The notes below the pieces were generated by a model. The model had not been told where the DNA came from, searched no databases, and saw only the letters and a list, made by a program, of their open reading frames with translations. Of a DNA stretch of 64,000 nt, positions 37,722-52,199 are shown in pieces. Source of the stretch: the human T2T-CHM13v2.0 reference genome, Homo sapiens; the NCBI RefSeq assembly GCF_009914755.1, contig NC_060933.1. The stretch is one strand, 5' to 3'. Each line of letters opens with the position of its first letter. The stretch's first letter is position 1. The position numbers and the translations under genes are program-made.

Positions 37722-39330
37722 ACATTCATTTGTTTAAAAATATTTGGTTGCCTCCCATCATGCTACCTAACTTCAAATTACACTAAAAAGCTACAGTAAC
37801 CAAACAGCATGGTACTGGTACCAAAACAGATATATAGACCAATGGAATAGAACAGAGCACTCAGAAATACCACCACGCATCTACAATCATCTGATATTCA
37901 ACAAACCTGACATGAGGAAAGGATTCTCTATTTAATAAATGGTGTTGGGAAAACTGGCTAGTCATATGCAGAAAACAGAAACTGGACCCCTTTCTTACAC
38001 TTTATACAAAAATTAACTTAGGGTGGATTAAAGACTTAAATGTAAAACCCAAAACCATAAAAATCATAGAAGAAAACCTAGGCAATACCATTCCGGACAT
38101 AGGCATGGGGAAAGACTTCATGACTAAAGCACCAAAAGCAATTGCAACAGAAGCCAAAATTACAAATGGGATCTAATCAAACTAAAGAGCTTCTGCACAA
38201 CGAAAGAAACTATCATCACAGTGAATAGGCAACCTACAGAATGGGAGAAAATTTTTACAATCTACCCATTAGACAAAGGACTAATATCCAGAATCTACAA
38301 AGAACTTAAACAAATTTACAAGAAAAAAAAACAAACAACCCATCAAAAAGTGGGTGAAGGATATGAACAGACACTTCTCAAAAGAAGATATTTATGCAGC
38401 CAACAGACATATAAAAAAAAAATCTTATCAGCACTGGTCATTAGTGAAATACAAATCAAAACCGCAATGACATATCATCTCACACCAGTTAGAATGGTGA
38501 TCTTTAAAAAGTCAGGCAACAATAGATGCTGGAAAGGATGTGGAGAAATAGGAACGCTTTTAAACTGTTGGTGAGAATGTAAATTAGTTTGACCATTGTG
38601 GAAGACAGTGTGGCGATTCCTCGAGGATCTAGAACCAGAAATACCATTTGACCCAGCAATCCCATTACTGGGTATATACCCAAAGCATTATAAATCATTC
38701 TACTATGAAGACACATACACACATATGTTTGTTGCAGCACTATTTACAATAGCAAAGACTTGGAACCAACCCAAATGCCCATCAAGATAGACTGGATAAA
38801 GAAAATATGGCACATATACACCATGGGATCCTATGCAGCCATAAAAAAGAATGAGTTTATGTCCTTTGCAGGGACATGGATGAAGCTGGAAGCCATCAAT
38901 CTCAGCAAACTAACACAGGAACAGAAAACCAAACACCACATGTTCTCACTCATAAGTGGGAGCTGAATAACGAGAACACATGGACACAGGGAGGGGAACA
39001 TCACACACTGGGGCCTGTCAGGGGTGGGGGTGGGGGGCAAGGGGAGGGAGAGCATTAGGACAAATACCTAATGCATTCAGGGCTTAAAACCTAGATGATC
39101 AGTTGATAAGTGCAGCAAACCACCATGACACCTGTATACCTGTATAACAAACCTGCACGTTGTGTGCAGGCATCCCAGAGCTTAAAGTAAAATTTTTAAA
39201 ATAAAATAAATTTTAAAAAAAACTTAAAAAAATATTTGGTTGCCTCCATTTGCCAACCATTGTACTAGGTGCCAGGGATGTAAGAATGAAAAGAAAAGAC
39301 AAAGTCCTTCCTCTTGTAGAAATTATTTCT
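37722..39330 (-). mobile_element. L2 3' end split by the L1PA8 insertion
   Basis: cattcatttgtttaaaaatattt... resumes after the L1 as cattgtactaggtgccagggatg...agacaaagtccttcctct. Confidence 0.55.
37756..39227 (+). mobile_element. 5'-truncated L1PA8-like element, inactive
   Basis: ORF2 remnants [11 protein letters not shown]...[16 protein letters not shown] and EIPFDPAIPLLGIYPK; 3' UTR gagagcattaggacaaatacctaatgca; perfect 20-bp TSD aaaaatatttggttgcctcc at 37736-37755 and 39228-39247. Confidence 0.95.
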
Positions 39331-39509
39331 GACAGAATTTAGAATTGAAAATTTGAATCGTCTTCTAGTCCTGCATATCCTCATTTTATTCTCTCGACTG
39401 CTTCTCTACTTCTTTTCTATTTCTATATGTTGTGTTCTGTTTTAGAGAATCCCTGTAATTCCATGAGAAATAGAAGAGGAATATAGGAGGAGAAAATTAT
39501 TGGGTAAGG

Positions 39510-39710
39510 GCACAGATTAGGTTCAAACCTCAGCTCTACCATTTACTAGCAGTGTAAAATCTAGCTCTATAAACTTAATTTTCTTATAGGGAAAGAGAGC
39601 AATCTTATATATAAGTCTGTTGGGAGAATTGAATGCATTCGGTGCATAAAAGTATCACACACAGTGCCTGGCACAATGACTACTCTGTGGTACATCAGAT
39701 ATTATTATAA
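39510..39710 (+). mobile_element. MIR SINE
   Basis: ggttcaaacctcagctctaccatttactagc...acagtgcctggcaca. Confidence 0.65.
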
Positions 39711-40402
39711 GGGTAGGTACTAAAAATCAAACTGTGCCTCTGGTTTAATCATTTACATCATTAAAGAAAAAAAATCCATCCTCTATGATCACAGAATACA
39801 CACACTCGACTCGGCAATATAATGTTGATCTTATGGGATACAGTTAGGGTTTACAGCAAGGGTGAGAAAAAAGACAGTCATAAGGCTCTCCAGTTTTGAA
39901 AGCACGCATAGCTCTAGAAAGGTCTAAGTCCTCTTAGCATACTCCATCCAAAACAACCACTTTGTATTCAGAAGAGCAGCCATATCATCCCCACAGATGA
40001 CTATCTACAAAATGGACTGTAATCCAAGCCCTGGGAAATGCCTTCGTTTTTAACTGGAATAGGGATCACAAGGCATATTACTATTTCCCTTTTTGTTTCT
40101 TGGACTTCTGAGTGTCTGATTACATTTGGCTGTTAAAATTTAAGTGAACAAAAACTCTCCTGTTTTTACTAACAAAATATTTGCTTATTAAATGAACGCA
40201 GAAGGGGTAAAACTGACTCCGTCGTCATGTATAAAAGATGAAACCATTTTTTAGATTCCCTTCTTTTTCTTCTCTCATGAAAGAACATGAGATTGAGAGG
40301 TGAGGTGGGGCACGACGGGAGATGCCTCTATTTAAGATCTTGCAGTTTCTTATGAGCTCTTACCACAAATCTTAAACAGGTAGAAGACTAAATTACCTCT
40401 TA

Positions 40403-40813
<411 letters not shown>

Positions 40814-41496
40814 TCACCCAGATAGCTACCAGAGACAGAGTGGACATGGAGTTTTCATCAGAAAAACTTATAAAATCACAATTCTCTTCATCTATGATCA
40901 CATAGGTCAATTGTAAAAATCAAAGTGAGTCTGTGGTTTTGTGGAGACCACCTTGGCTTTATCCATTTAAGGGTTAAACAAAGGTGTTTATTCAAATAAG
41001 ATATTTTCCAAAATTAGTTTTTCTTGTTTCTGGAGGACGAAGTATGATTTTAAGTGAAGTTAATGTTTCAAAACTAAGTTCATTTGCTCCCATCTTAAAA
41101 TAGACCAGTGATCAGAAAAAAAATGTAAATTCAGAACAATGTTGCAAATGCTATACTTCCACCCAGAATTGAAACAGCATAGACTGTGAGTCCCTCTTAT
41201 TTCAATCAATTTTGATATCTAGTTGCCTTTAAAAAAAAAAACTACTAAAAATTGCTGAAACTACCCTTCTAGGACCTGAAGGAACAAGGTAATCATGTCC
41301 ATGGTTAAATTTTTAATTGAAAGTCATTAGAATAATGTGATTCTGAAAATCAGAGACAAAACAAAGACCACATACTATGTTGCCTCTGGGTGCTATGGAG
41401 CTCTTCCAGAGGCTTAGAGAGAAAATGAGACCCAGTCGGTGACAAGCTTAGAGGACTTCCCAAATGACTGTTGGAACCCCCATCCTGTGAGCGCAT

Positions 41497-41497
<1 letters not shown>

Positions 41498-41564
<67 letters not shown>
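41498..41564. repeat. Compound (CA)n(CT)n microsatellite
   Basis: Read directly from the sequence. Confidence 0.95.
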
Positions 41565-41566
<2 letters not shown>

Positions 41567-43989
41567 CCTCTCCCTCAAATAAAATGTTGAAGGAGGTACA
41601 AGGTACAAGAACCTAGCATGGCACTGGCAGATTTTATTTACCTGGGGTGTTGCAATCATTATCTGTAAACAAACAGTCCTTCATAATTAAACATTAACTT
41701 CCACATCCACTTAACAGTGGTGGTCAAGTAAATTTATGTTTCTGAAGCTTCTGTGAGTGAATGGGAACAGACTATTTGGCACTATTTGCAAGAACATAAA
41801 AATTCAGAATTCAAAAATAATCAGAATTTACCTCTAGAACAGCTGCTGGAGTCTATCTGATCATCCCATGGCAGTCATTTCATTGATCACATGTATCACC
41901 CTGGCTCAAAATTGCTGGTGCTTCAGAGAAGAAGGTGGGGGAAGAAACCAATTCCTGTGACCTATTTGGCCAGCGCCCAGGCAACACTAGCGGTTTCCTA
42001 TGTCCTTCCCGACTCTGGCAGCTTTCATGGTTTGCTGTCAGAAAGACTCTAGGATGGGTTGCTTTATAATGTTTGTTTGTTCCTTTTTATAAAAATGCTC
42101 TATGCTTATTAAAAAAAGAGAAAACTCAGAAAATATATAAAACAATAGAAATGGTTTGTAACTCTGTCTTGTAGTGATATTCAGAACACTTAGGATATAT
42201 GGTATATATATTAGGATATACAGTACATGGATATCCTAACTTTAGGATATATACTGTATATACAACTGGTGAACATTTTATGTATATATACACATGTACA
42301 TACACATATATATGTAGTATATATTAAGGGTATGTTTAATTTATGTTTGCATAGTATTTACACTTAATATTATGTGCATTTAACATATTTATATGTGAAA
42401 ATATACGTACATTTTTTAGTTTAAAGGTTCTTCCAAACTTCTCTTAGCTTAAAACTTACTTATCACAGAGAACTTTCTGATACTTCCAATCCTGTATTCC
42501 TCTCTCATTGGCACCAGTGAATTTCCTCTAAAACCAAATATATTCCATATAGGACCAAAAAAAAAAAGTCCCACTATTCCAGCTTATGTGATCTCTGCAA
42601 TTTATGGCTTAAAAATAGCTATAAATTGAATTCCAAGTGCTCAACAGTGCCATACAGAAGAGAGATGATTATCTCAACATCCTAGGTGACAAAATCACCA
42701 ATCAGTGGTTTTAAAATACTTTGCCAACAGATGAAATACTTCCAGTTTCATCCAAACCAATAGATGTTGGGGCCAAGAGGAACTTGGGATGTAACTAGCA
42801 GCTGCCAAATATCACAGATGGCACAAAGTTAGAGACATGTGGAAAGGACAGGATCTATGATTAAATCTGTCCAGCAAGGGAAAGATGTAGATAAGAAGGT
42901 TCCTAAAACCATCCAGGACTCTCAAGTACATCCTGCCATGAAGAGGAAAAGAAAAGGATGCAAAAATTCACCCAATACCAGCATGTATTTGATACATGCT
43001 CAGGCCATGGGAATTTCACTGTGTGACAATAGCTGTGCAGTCAACACTGGGCCATGTGCAATCTATTTACTTATCTCTTATTAGCCCCTTTATTAGGACC
43101 ATGGGTTACTCTGATATCTACTACTGACACAACCCCAAACAGAAAAGTAACAAAAAGAAAATGAAAGCAACCACTGAGAAATAAGCAGTAAAATCCAACA
43201 ATTCTCAGTGTGAACCTAGTGGCACCTCAACATTAATTTATTTAGTGTGTAGGAATTAATGAAGCCTATTTTTACATCATCTGTTAGCTGGAGACCAAAC
43301 TTGAAGAGAGGTAAAGGAGCAGATATGTGTGTGGAAACAGAGCAAGCCAGGCTGCTGGGAAGTTCCTACTGGTGTTTTCCGGTTTAACATAACTACTTTC
43401 ACACACTATTCAGCTGAGTCGCAATTTATACAATGCTAGTAAGTAGTGAGTATATGCAGTGGTGAATGCTCCCCTATCATCCAAGCTTTGTTAAACAGAT
43501 CATGTTATATGTGGTCTTGCAAAATCACTTAGCCTCGCTAGACCTAAGGATAATGAATAAAATTGGACCAGATGACCAGTTACATTCTTTTCAGCTCTAA
43601 AATTCTAGATAACTCCCATTCCCTGACCACACTGGCCTGGAAGTGGTAAATGTATGGATATAATTGTAGCATAATTCTCTATTTATAACCTCAAAAACTG
43701 GAAGATTACTCCTCCCCCTCAAGTGTTCTCCAAAGGTTTCTTGGAGCCCCCTGGAAATTTCAGTGGCCAGTGAAACCTATGACAGCATTTTGCAAATGTC
43801 ACTACATCCAGACCCACCATTGAGGGACTGATACTCATGCCTCCCTAGGCATTGCTACACTTCCTTCTCTCCCAGAGCCATCAGTATGGTGTCATTGCCA
43901 GACTGGGCTACTCACACGAGGAGGAAGTGCTTATTCCCTAATACTTTGGCTTCACACCATGACACTGAAGCCAAAGCAATATTAGCTGA

Positions 43990-44349
43990 TGTCTTAGTCC
44001 ATCTGGGCTGCTACAACAAAATACTGTAAACTAGGTGGCTTATAAAAATTTATTTCTCACGTTTCTGAAGCCTGGGAAGTTCAAGATGAAGGCACTGGCA
44101 GATTTGGAATCTGGTGATGGTCCACTTTCTGGTCCATAGATAGTGCCTTCTCACTCTGTCTTCACATAGTGGAAGATGCAAGGCAGCTTTCTGGAGCCTC
44201 TTTTGTAAGGGCACTAATATCATTCAGGAGGGCTCTTTCTTTATGACCTAGTTACCTCCCCAAAGATTCCACCTTCTAATATCAACACCTTAGGAATTAG
44301 AATTTCAACACATAAATTTTGGGGGGGTATACACATTCAGACCATATCA
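43990..44349 (-). mobile_element. MaLR solo LTR, MLT1A/MLT1A0-like
   Basis: tgtcttagtccatctgggctgctacaacaaaatac...gggaagttcaagatgaaggcactggcagatttgg...acattcagaccatatca. Confidence 0.85.
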
Positions 44350-44689
44350 GTCAGTACTTGCAATATCTTAGACACTTTATAGAAAAAGAGCTCTCTCACG
44401 TCTCACCATTATATTTAACTCATAATCCTCGCCTCCTTTAAGTGTACAGGGTAGGTACAATGTTATATGCCAGCTCACCCCTCCTCTCTGTTGTGAGACT
44501 TTTTTAATGATTCAATAGCTTGTTTGTGATTTTACCTTTAGATGGGTTCCCCCCCTCAAAAAACCTGGGGCAAGCCCATTATGCCAACCATCCACATGCC
44601 AGGATAGAAAATAAGAAAATACAACTTATGCTCAACCTGAGATCCATTCTATACTTGTGTTATAATGCTAAGCTTTCTTTTATTCATTC

Positions 44690-44860
44690 AAAGTTAAGCT
44701 CTTTATGTTACTTTATTTGATCTTAACAACCCTAGAAAGGAGGTGTCATTATTACTCCCTTTACAGATGAGGAAACTGAGGTTTAAAGAGAGTAAATCCT
44801 TTACCCAAAGTCAGCAGTTATTGAGATGAGACCAGAATATGCAGTGTAACCCCAATGACT
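44690..44860 (-). mobile_element. MIR SINE
   Basis: ttttacagatgaggaaactgagg MIR core. Confidence 0.7.
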
Positions 44861-47369
44861 ATGATATCCTACCTCCCTATTGACGTATACTGATTGTTTT
44901 ATGTGTTTGACAGTGTGCTGTAGTCTCTTATTTTTACAATGAAAGAAGTTGTACATGCCTTCATTTTAGAAGTTTTTCCTGACACAGTCTGACTTCAGAT
45001 CTTATTGGTCACATCTCAAGGGATAGATATATTTCTGTTTCATCATGTTTTACAAAAATAAATTCTTTTCTGATTTTTGATTCTGATCTTTAGATCTCAA
45101 ATTTTAACTCCATTGATTAACAAGTAATTTAATAAATAAATATTTAATCAACTACAATAACTCAGGAAAATTTTGTTAGTCTCTGAGGGAGATTTGAAGA
45201 TGCCAAGTCAATGTCTTTACCCTAAATGAGTAGACAATCCATCTAGCAATAAAGATACAAGCATGAGAAGATAAGAAACCATTGAAAAATTAGAAGTAAA
45301 GGATGCTCAAACATCCAGCCTCATTCCTTCACTCTCAGGAAGTGACAGCCTCTGGAGGCAGAAACTCTAATTTTAAATCCCAGCTCATCACAACAGTTCC
45401 TTCAGTCTAATTAACCCTAGGAATAATTCTAGTTCCCTTAACTATGAATTATGAGGATACTAACCCACACTCACCTGGGAGGTATATACAAAGTAATATA
45501 AGTAAAATGTATAACATACTACCTGGCATACAGTAATCATTTCCTAAATCTTAACTATGATTATCTTAAGATGATTAAAGCATAAGAGTCTCCACTTCCC
45601 TTCCTTGCCCATCAGAATCCTTGTGCCTCTAACTGCTCTGCCTTTCGTCTTTGAAGATGAAGTTCACTCCTTGCCCACTGACTTATTCAACGAATATTTA
45701 TATTGTACTTCCCATTAGACTTCTCCTTTGCAAGAAAACCCCTTTGCCTTACACAAAGTAAATGCTTAATAAATAGTAGCTGTTATTAAATTTGAATGAA
45801 TGAAAGGAAGCTTAGAGTCGTAACACAAATGCACCGTGGATCTCAGGTTGAGTGTAAGTTACATTTTCTATCCTGGCAAGTGACATGACTTATTCTTTCT
45901 TCTTCCCAAATCATGGTAGCATTTTTAATCTCTCTTTCTCTACTTGCTTTTTCTCATGTATCTAAAACCTAAATAAACCTTTCTTCTGGGCCATGCCACA
46001 CCAGATGCCCACCTGCTAGGTTATCTCTCCTCCACTGCTTATTCTCTCGAAATAATACACTTACTGCCTCTACTTCTGACTAACTCATTTATTCATTCAT
46101 TCAGGAAACAAATGAGCATCAGTGATTTCAGGATTGATATTGTGGAATAAACCATAAGTATCTCTGCTCTTGAGACATGATCTCTGCTCTTGAGATGGTT
46201 GTGGATTTTTTTTCCTCTTAAACACCCACAATACCTCCACAGTCAGTCGCTCTTGATCAAACAAATCACTCAACCCAAGTCTTCTCTTAGTCCTCACTGA
46301 TTTCCTTCTTCCATGGAAACTAATGTAGGAAAATGTGCCAAAGCAATCTGAAATGATTATTAAGACTGTTTCTAATGACCGAAGGGAAGGCTGAATTTTG
46401 TGTGTATGTGTAAGTGAAGACAGGGCTAGGAGAGTACAGGGAGTACAGGTAGGATGGGATGATTAATTCCCAAGGATTTAGTTCAAACTCAGTTAAAGAA
46501 CTCTAAAAATTGGCACATAGCTGTGTTGTCAAAGGTGAATATCACACAAAAAGTCTTTCATTGGAAGCAATCTGCACAGGAAATAAACTTAATTTCTTCA
46601 AGGTAATGAAAACCAAAGACATCACTTTCTATGCTGTAAATGCACTCTTTGTAGGCCTTCTGACCCAGTTTAGTGACTAGTTTAATATTCAAAGAGTAGA
46701 TATGTCCTCTTCACTTTAGAAAGTTTGATGTTTGAAGACAATTTAGGTCATTGGCTCCTGTGACAGCATTTCCCCTGTGAGAAAGCTACATTTAAGCATC
46801 CATCTCTTGTATTATTGATAACAAACTGGTAAAGGCCATGAAGTCCAACAGCTTTGTCTCTGGGCCATTCAGAAGAAGCAATTAAATCAAAACTATTCCA
46901 GCTTTCCTTTTAGAGGAATACCTCTGTGCTCTGAACACCAAATCTGTGAAGGTGGAGTTCCAGCATGCTTTTTTCTTTTCAAATATATTTTAATCATCTT
47001 CTCCATACCAAAGCAAAATCAGAAATGACATCATAGATACATTAATTTTTGGCTAATCACATAATCACTATTACCTTGGTAGAAAATAAAATGTGTTCTT
47101 TCAGATGCAGAGCAAACACAGCTTTCCTCCATGCTTCTTACTCCCATGATTTTGAAACCACCCGTCCTGGAATCACCATTGTTTCTATGTTAGTCTAGCT
47201 CCACTTGGGATTTCTAAGGGCTGAGAATGAATTTTTACTTGTCATTGAGTTTCTAGTTCCTAGTCCAGACTTTGTCACACAGCTGATTTCTGCAGATATT
47301 TGTTGAACACGTTTTCCCCTAAGAACATTTCAAAATGTTAAAATGTAAAAGTTCGAACTACTGAGCATT

Positions 47370-47855
47370 GCACATGAAGTCCTTCCTGTTTCTGGTCCTA
47401 GCTTATGCTACACTGCCTACTTTTCCCTCATGCCTACTTTACTCAGGTACCCTGATCAACTTAAAATCACTCAACATGCCATGCTTCTTCACACCACACT
47501 GCTTCTGCACATACTCTTTCCTCTCCTTGGAATGTCTTTTATTTCTTTCTTTCCTTATTGAAATCTTAATCACCTTTTAGATTTGCCCAACTCAAATACA
47601 ATCCCTTTTATAGTTAACTTTTTCCTCAAGCAAAATTAGTTGTTTCACACACTGCTTTCTTGAATATCTGGTATGTTCTTCTACTACATTTTTATTAGAA
47701 AGCAATATGATTAATTATTCATGTCAATTTCCTCCCATTAGTTGGTCAGATCCTAGACTGTAAAGATTATGCTATTTTCATCTTTGCATTGCTAACGTAA
47801 CACATGGAGCTTGAAACATGGGACATGGTCAAAAATATTTATTGGATTGAATTGA
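47370..47855 (+). mobile_element. L2 LINE 3' fragment
   Basis: ttctgcacatactctttcctctccttggaatgtc...tcatctttgcat...aaaaatatttattggattgaattga. Confidence 0.6.
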
Positions 47856-48821
47856 TTTCTAGTTCTGAGTCCATTACACATATATGCTTTGCCATTTCCT
47901 GATAAACCAGACATATTTACCTTCTTTCAATATTTGTTTTTGAACAGAATTTGGAGGGATAAAAATTTTTTTTAGTTAATCAAAGAAGTTGCTTTTTAGT
48001 TTAAGTAAAAACCACTATCTCAAATCCTTTTTGGCATAAGATTCATGTAAATAAATAAAATGGATAGTCACTGTGGTCATTTTAAAAGGCCCATCCTCAA
48101 TAAATTACATGCTGAATTGCAGTGTTTGAAACTGTATCAAACACTTGTATTATTTTTCTCCCTTGAATTCTGATTACAACCAAAGTAAATACCCCTATTA
48201 TGCTTTCTTATTGATAAAAGGAAAGAAAGTTATTAAAAATAGAATGGAAAAATTGAAAGAGGAACCTTAGAACAAAGTATTGAGTGCCTGCTCTCTTATT
48301 ACCTGAGTATCCTGTGAAAGCTAGTCTCTCAACCTGCTGAGGTCAAAATATGATCATTTGAAAACTCTACCAAGTAAGGTCTGAGATTTTAGAAGTCAAA
48401 GTTGAAGGAAAAATTAATATTAAATATTGGTAAACTGTGTCATTGTGATATTTAAAATTTATTTAGAGGAGACAAAAAATATCTCACTGACTACAGAGTC
48501 CTGGAACAAAGAGGGCAGAACAATGACCCAGTAAGTCTTCAAAATCACTCAAGGTGGTCTAAATATAACTGATTAAAGAAGTAAATGTGGATGGATAGGG
48601 AGATAAAGCATGTTCCCAAAGACTATCTTTTCTTCCTATAACTCCACAGAGGATAACCACAATTACATACAAGTTTTTATCTCCAGCATGCAGTATGGCA
48701 TCTCACGCATAGCACGTACCTGGAACATTTTTTTGAAGGCATGAATTCATGAATCAACTTATGACAGACTATGCCCTCTTTCTGAAATGTGGACACTTTT
48801 CATCAAAACCAAGCTCTGTGA

Positions 48822-49158
<337 letters not shown>

Positions 49159-49679
49159 TAGCAACTCTTTATGAGTGACCACTACTACTAATATGGACAC
49201 ATTCCTAGTGGCACAGCCAACATTTTGTAAAACTTCCTGATGTTAACTTCAGATAGTTAAATGTATAGCCTACTTTAGACTGATTTTCCTTAAAACCCAT
49301 GAGCTAATTTGCTTTTATTTACAACTTGTAGCATTATGTTTCAAAACAGCAAAAACATATCGAATGCTTCTCATGTGTAAGGGCATATTCTCAGAACTAT
49401 AGGTGCATTAACTTATTTCACCACAGTGAAAAGTAATTAATATTATTAAACTGTTCCTGCTTTATTCAACCTGTCTCAATCACAAATTCCTCATCTGAAA
49501 ACCAGAGATAAGAAGGCTTCATTACTGAAGATTAAACAACGTATAAATCATGCATCTTAGTCTCCAACCACAATAGTAACTCAATAAAAGTTAATTTTCT
49601 TCCTCTCTTTGCTCAACTTTACCCGTTAAGTTTTTTTTGCTGTTGTTATTGCTTTTAAAGGTATTTCTGTATGAGAAAT

Positions 49680-50960
49680 TTAACATCACATTACTCATTA
49701 GGGAAATGTGAATTATAATCACAATGAGAAAAAGCTATACAGAATGGCTAAAACTAAAAAAAGAAAAAGACAATGCCAACTGGTGAGAATGTGTGACAAC
49801 TGAAACGCTTATATTGTATGTTAAAGGGAGTAGGAAATGGTATGATCATTTTGACAAACTCTTTGGCAGTTCCTACTAAGGTCAAACATATACCTACTCT
49901 ATAATCCAGCAATTCTATTCCTAGGTATATAACAAGACAAATGAGTGCTTTGTCCAACAAGAATGTTCATAGCAGCTTTATTCACAGGAGTCCCAAATGG
50001 GAAATAACCCAAATGTCTACTAACAGGAAAAAAGATAAATCAGCTATGCTGTATTCATACAACATATGCACAGAATGACAGACTGAAGAAAATGAACAAA
50101 TTTTAGGAGCTTGTTGAGTGGAAGAAGGCAGACACAGGAGTGCATATTGTATGACTTGACTTACACAAAGTTCTAGACAGGCAAAACTAATATAGAGTGT
50201 GTTTTGTATACTTTAATGTGATGGCCAATCAGATGTGGCCATGAGAGGAGGCACAGGAGAGACTCAGGAAAACAAAGGTTATTATCTTCCCAAGTCCTAG
50301 AGACAGGAGGCACTGTATGCCATGCAGGGTCACATGGGAAAAACACCAGGGTGGTTAGGAGGCAGAAGACGGGAGCTACAGGACAGCTTAGACCCCAGCC
50401 TTTGCTGGGGTTTCCTAGGGAATGGCAAGGCAGGCAGGGTAATCATGTTAGGATTGGCTATTCTGAATAATTTCAGTGGACTGTAAGCTATGGGGTGGTC
50501 CCTAGTTGCCTGGTACCTGGCCTTGGGATGATTAAGGCAGAGGAATATTGTGTCCTGGGGTGTAAGGGCCAGATAGAAGAGGCATGGCTCTGGATTGTTA
50601 GTTTGTATATCAAAGCCATGCTCCTGGCTAAACCTTGCTATCTCTAAGAACTGGCTAGCCCTAGGAGAGGCGTTCTCTTCTCAGCCAGAAAAGTCTTTTA
50701 AAGATGTCAAATCAGTAAAATATGCAGAACGTAGTACGTGTATACACACACACATACAATACAGTGATGGAAATCTGACAGTGGTTACCTTGGGTGGTAG
50801 TGATTGCTGTGATATTAACTGGAGAAGGTCATTAAAGAACTTTCTAGGGTGATGCCAATTAATACGTCTTGATATGGGTTGTGGTCACATGGCTGATTTT
50901 TTTTAAATATTATTGAGCTTACAGAAAAAATTCACAAATTCTCCTGTAAGTTATACTCAA
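49680..50960 (+). mobile_element. Old L1 (L1MC/ME-type) 3' region split by an LTR insertion
   Basis: aacatcacattactcattagggaaatg...cagcaattctattcctaggtatat...aggcaaaactaat [LTR] gtgatggaaatctgacagtggttacctt. Confidence 0.7.
50200..50760 (-). mobile_element. ERVL-class solo LTR, MER74-like
   Basis: tgttttgtat...gtcctagagacaggaggcac...ggtccctagttgcctggtacctggcc...gctatctctaagaactggctagccct...aagatgtcaaa; subfamily from recollection. Confidence 0.7.
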
Positions 50961-51184
50961 TTCAAGAAGGTTTTCTTGATGATGTTCTACTGTTCACTTA
51001 AGTAGGATACCTGTTAGCAGCTTTTACAGGATGGTGGAGGATGACTATACTAGAAAAGTCAGTTTAGATGTAAAGAGCAGCTATCCGGAATTCATCTTGG
51101 TATTTATTCAGGACACATCTGAAAACACATGTTTTCCTTTTGCTCAGTGATACGCCACTATTGACAACTGCAAAGTAATGCTCA

Positions 51185-51597
51185 TGATATGATTTGGATA
51201 TTTGTTCCTTCCAAATCTCATGTTGAAATATAATCCCCAGTGTTGGAAATGGGGCCGGGGGGAGGTATTTTGGTCATGAGGGCAGATCCCTCGTGAATGG
51301 CTTGGTGCCCTCCCCATGGTAATGAGGGAGTTCTTGCTCTGCATCCACAGATCTGGTTGTTTAAATATCCTGGCACCTCCTCCCTCACTTTCTTGCTCCC
51401 TCTCTTTCCTTTGACAGGCCTGCTTCCCCTTCACCTTCTGCCATGATTGTAAGCTTCCTGAGGCCTCCACCAGAAGCACATGCTGGCCCCAAGCTTCCTA
51501 TATAGCCTGCAGAACCATGAGCCAAAATAAACCTCTTCTCTTCATAAATTACCCAGCCTCAGGTATTCCTTTATAGCAATGAAAATGGACTAACACT
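51185..51597 (+). mobile_element. MaLR solo LTR, MSTB-like
   Basis: tgatatgatttgg...tgccatgattgtaagcttcctgaggcctc...aaattacccagcctcaggtattcc; perfect 5-bp TSD gctca at 51180-51184 and 51598-51602. Confidence 0.9.
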
Positions 51598-52199
51598 GCT
51601 CACTATTCCCTTTGCCTAACATTTTATAGCTGTCCAGAGCAAAAGAAAGATGTTCTTGCCATAGCTCTTGTTTACTATAATTCTCTTAAGGCTGTTATCA
51701 TTCTGGATGAAAACATTTTAAAACGTATAAAACAGGATAAAATGTTTCTCCACAATGAGACAGTTTGCAAAGTTGTTTGGATATGGAAAATGAGTTTGCC
51801 AGGGGGTACAAAAAAGGGAAAGAAAAGTGAAGATCCCTCCTACAGTGTAACCCTCTTAATAGAGCATCCTGCAGTGGCTGAGCAATTCCCACATTTAATG
51901 ACTAATGAATTTGGGTTCGCCTCTGCATTTGCGCAGCTGGGGACAATGGTGCTGTCTATGGAGCTTCTTTGAGGCAGAGGGTGAGGAGGTGGCCACATTG
52001 CACTTCAACTTGAGCAATGTAAACTAGGCAGACTGTTAAACAAGAATGAGCTGTACATCAAAGCAGTATACATTATAAATATACCCCCAACCCTGCACAG
52101 AGGCAGTCCCTCACGCCACTCTCTTCAGCCCACTCCACCCACGACGTGCCCCTCTACTTCATACTTCATTCCCTTCAAGGGAGTTCCCACTGTGAGCAA

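Noticed and set aside
38221-39058. ORFs similar to the L1 ORF2 C-terminus as an active retrotransposon
   Set aside because: The element is 5'-truncated (about 1.5 kb), frameshifted, and lacks the promoter, ORF1, endonuclease and RT core.
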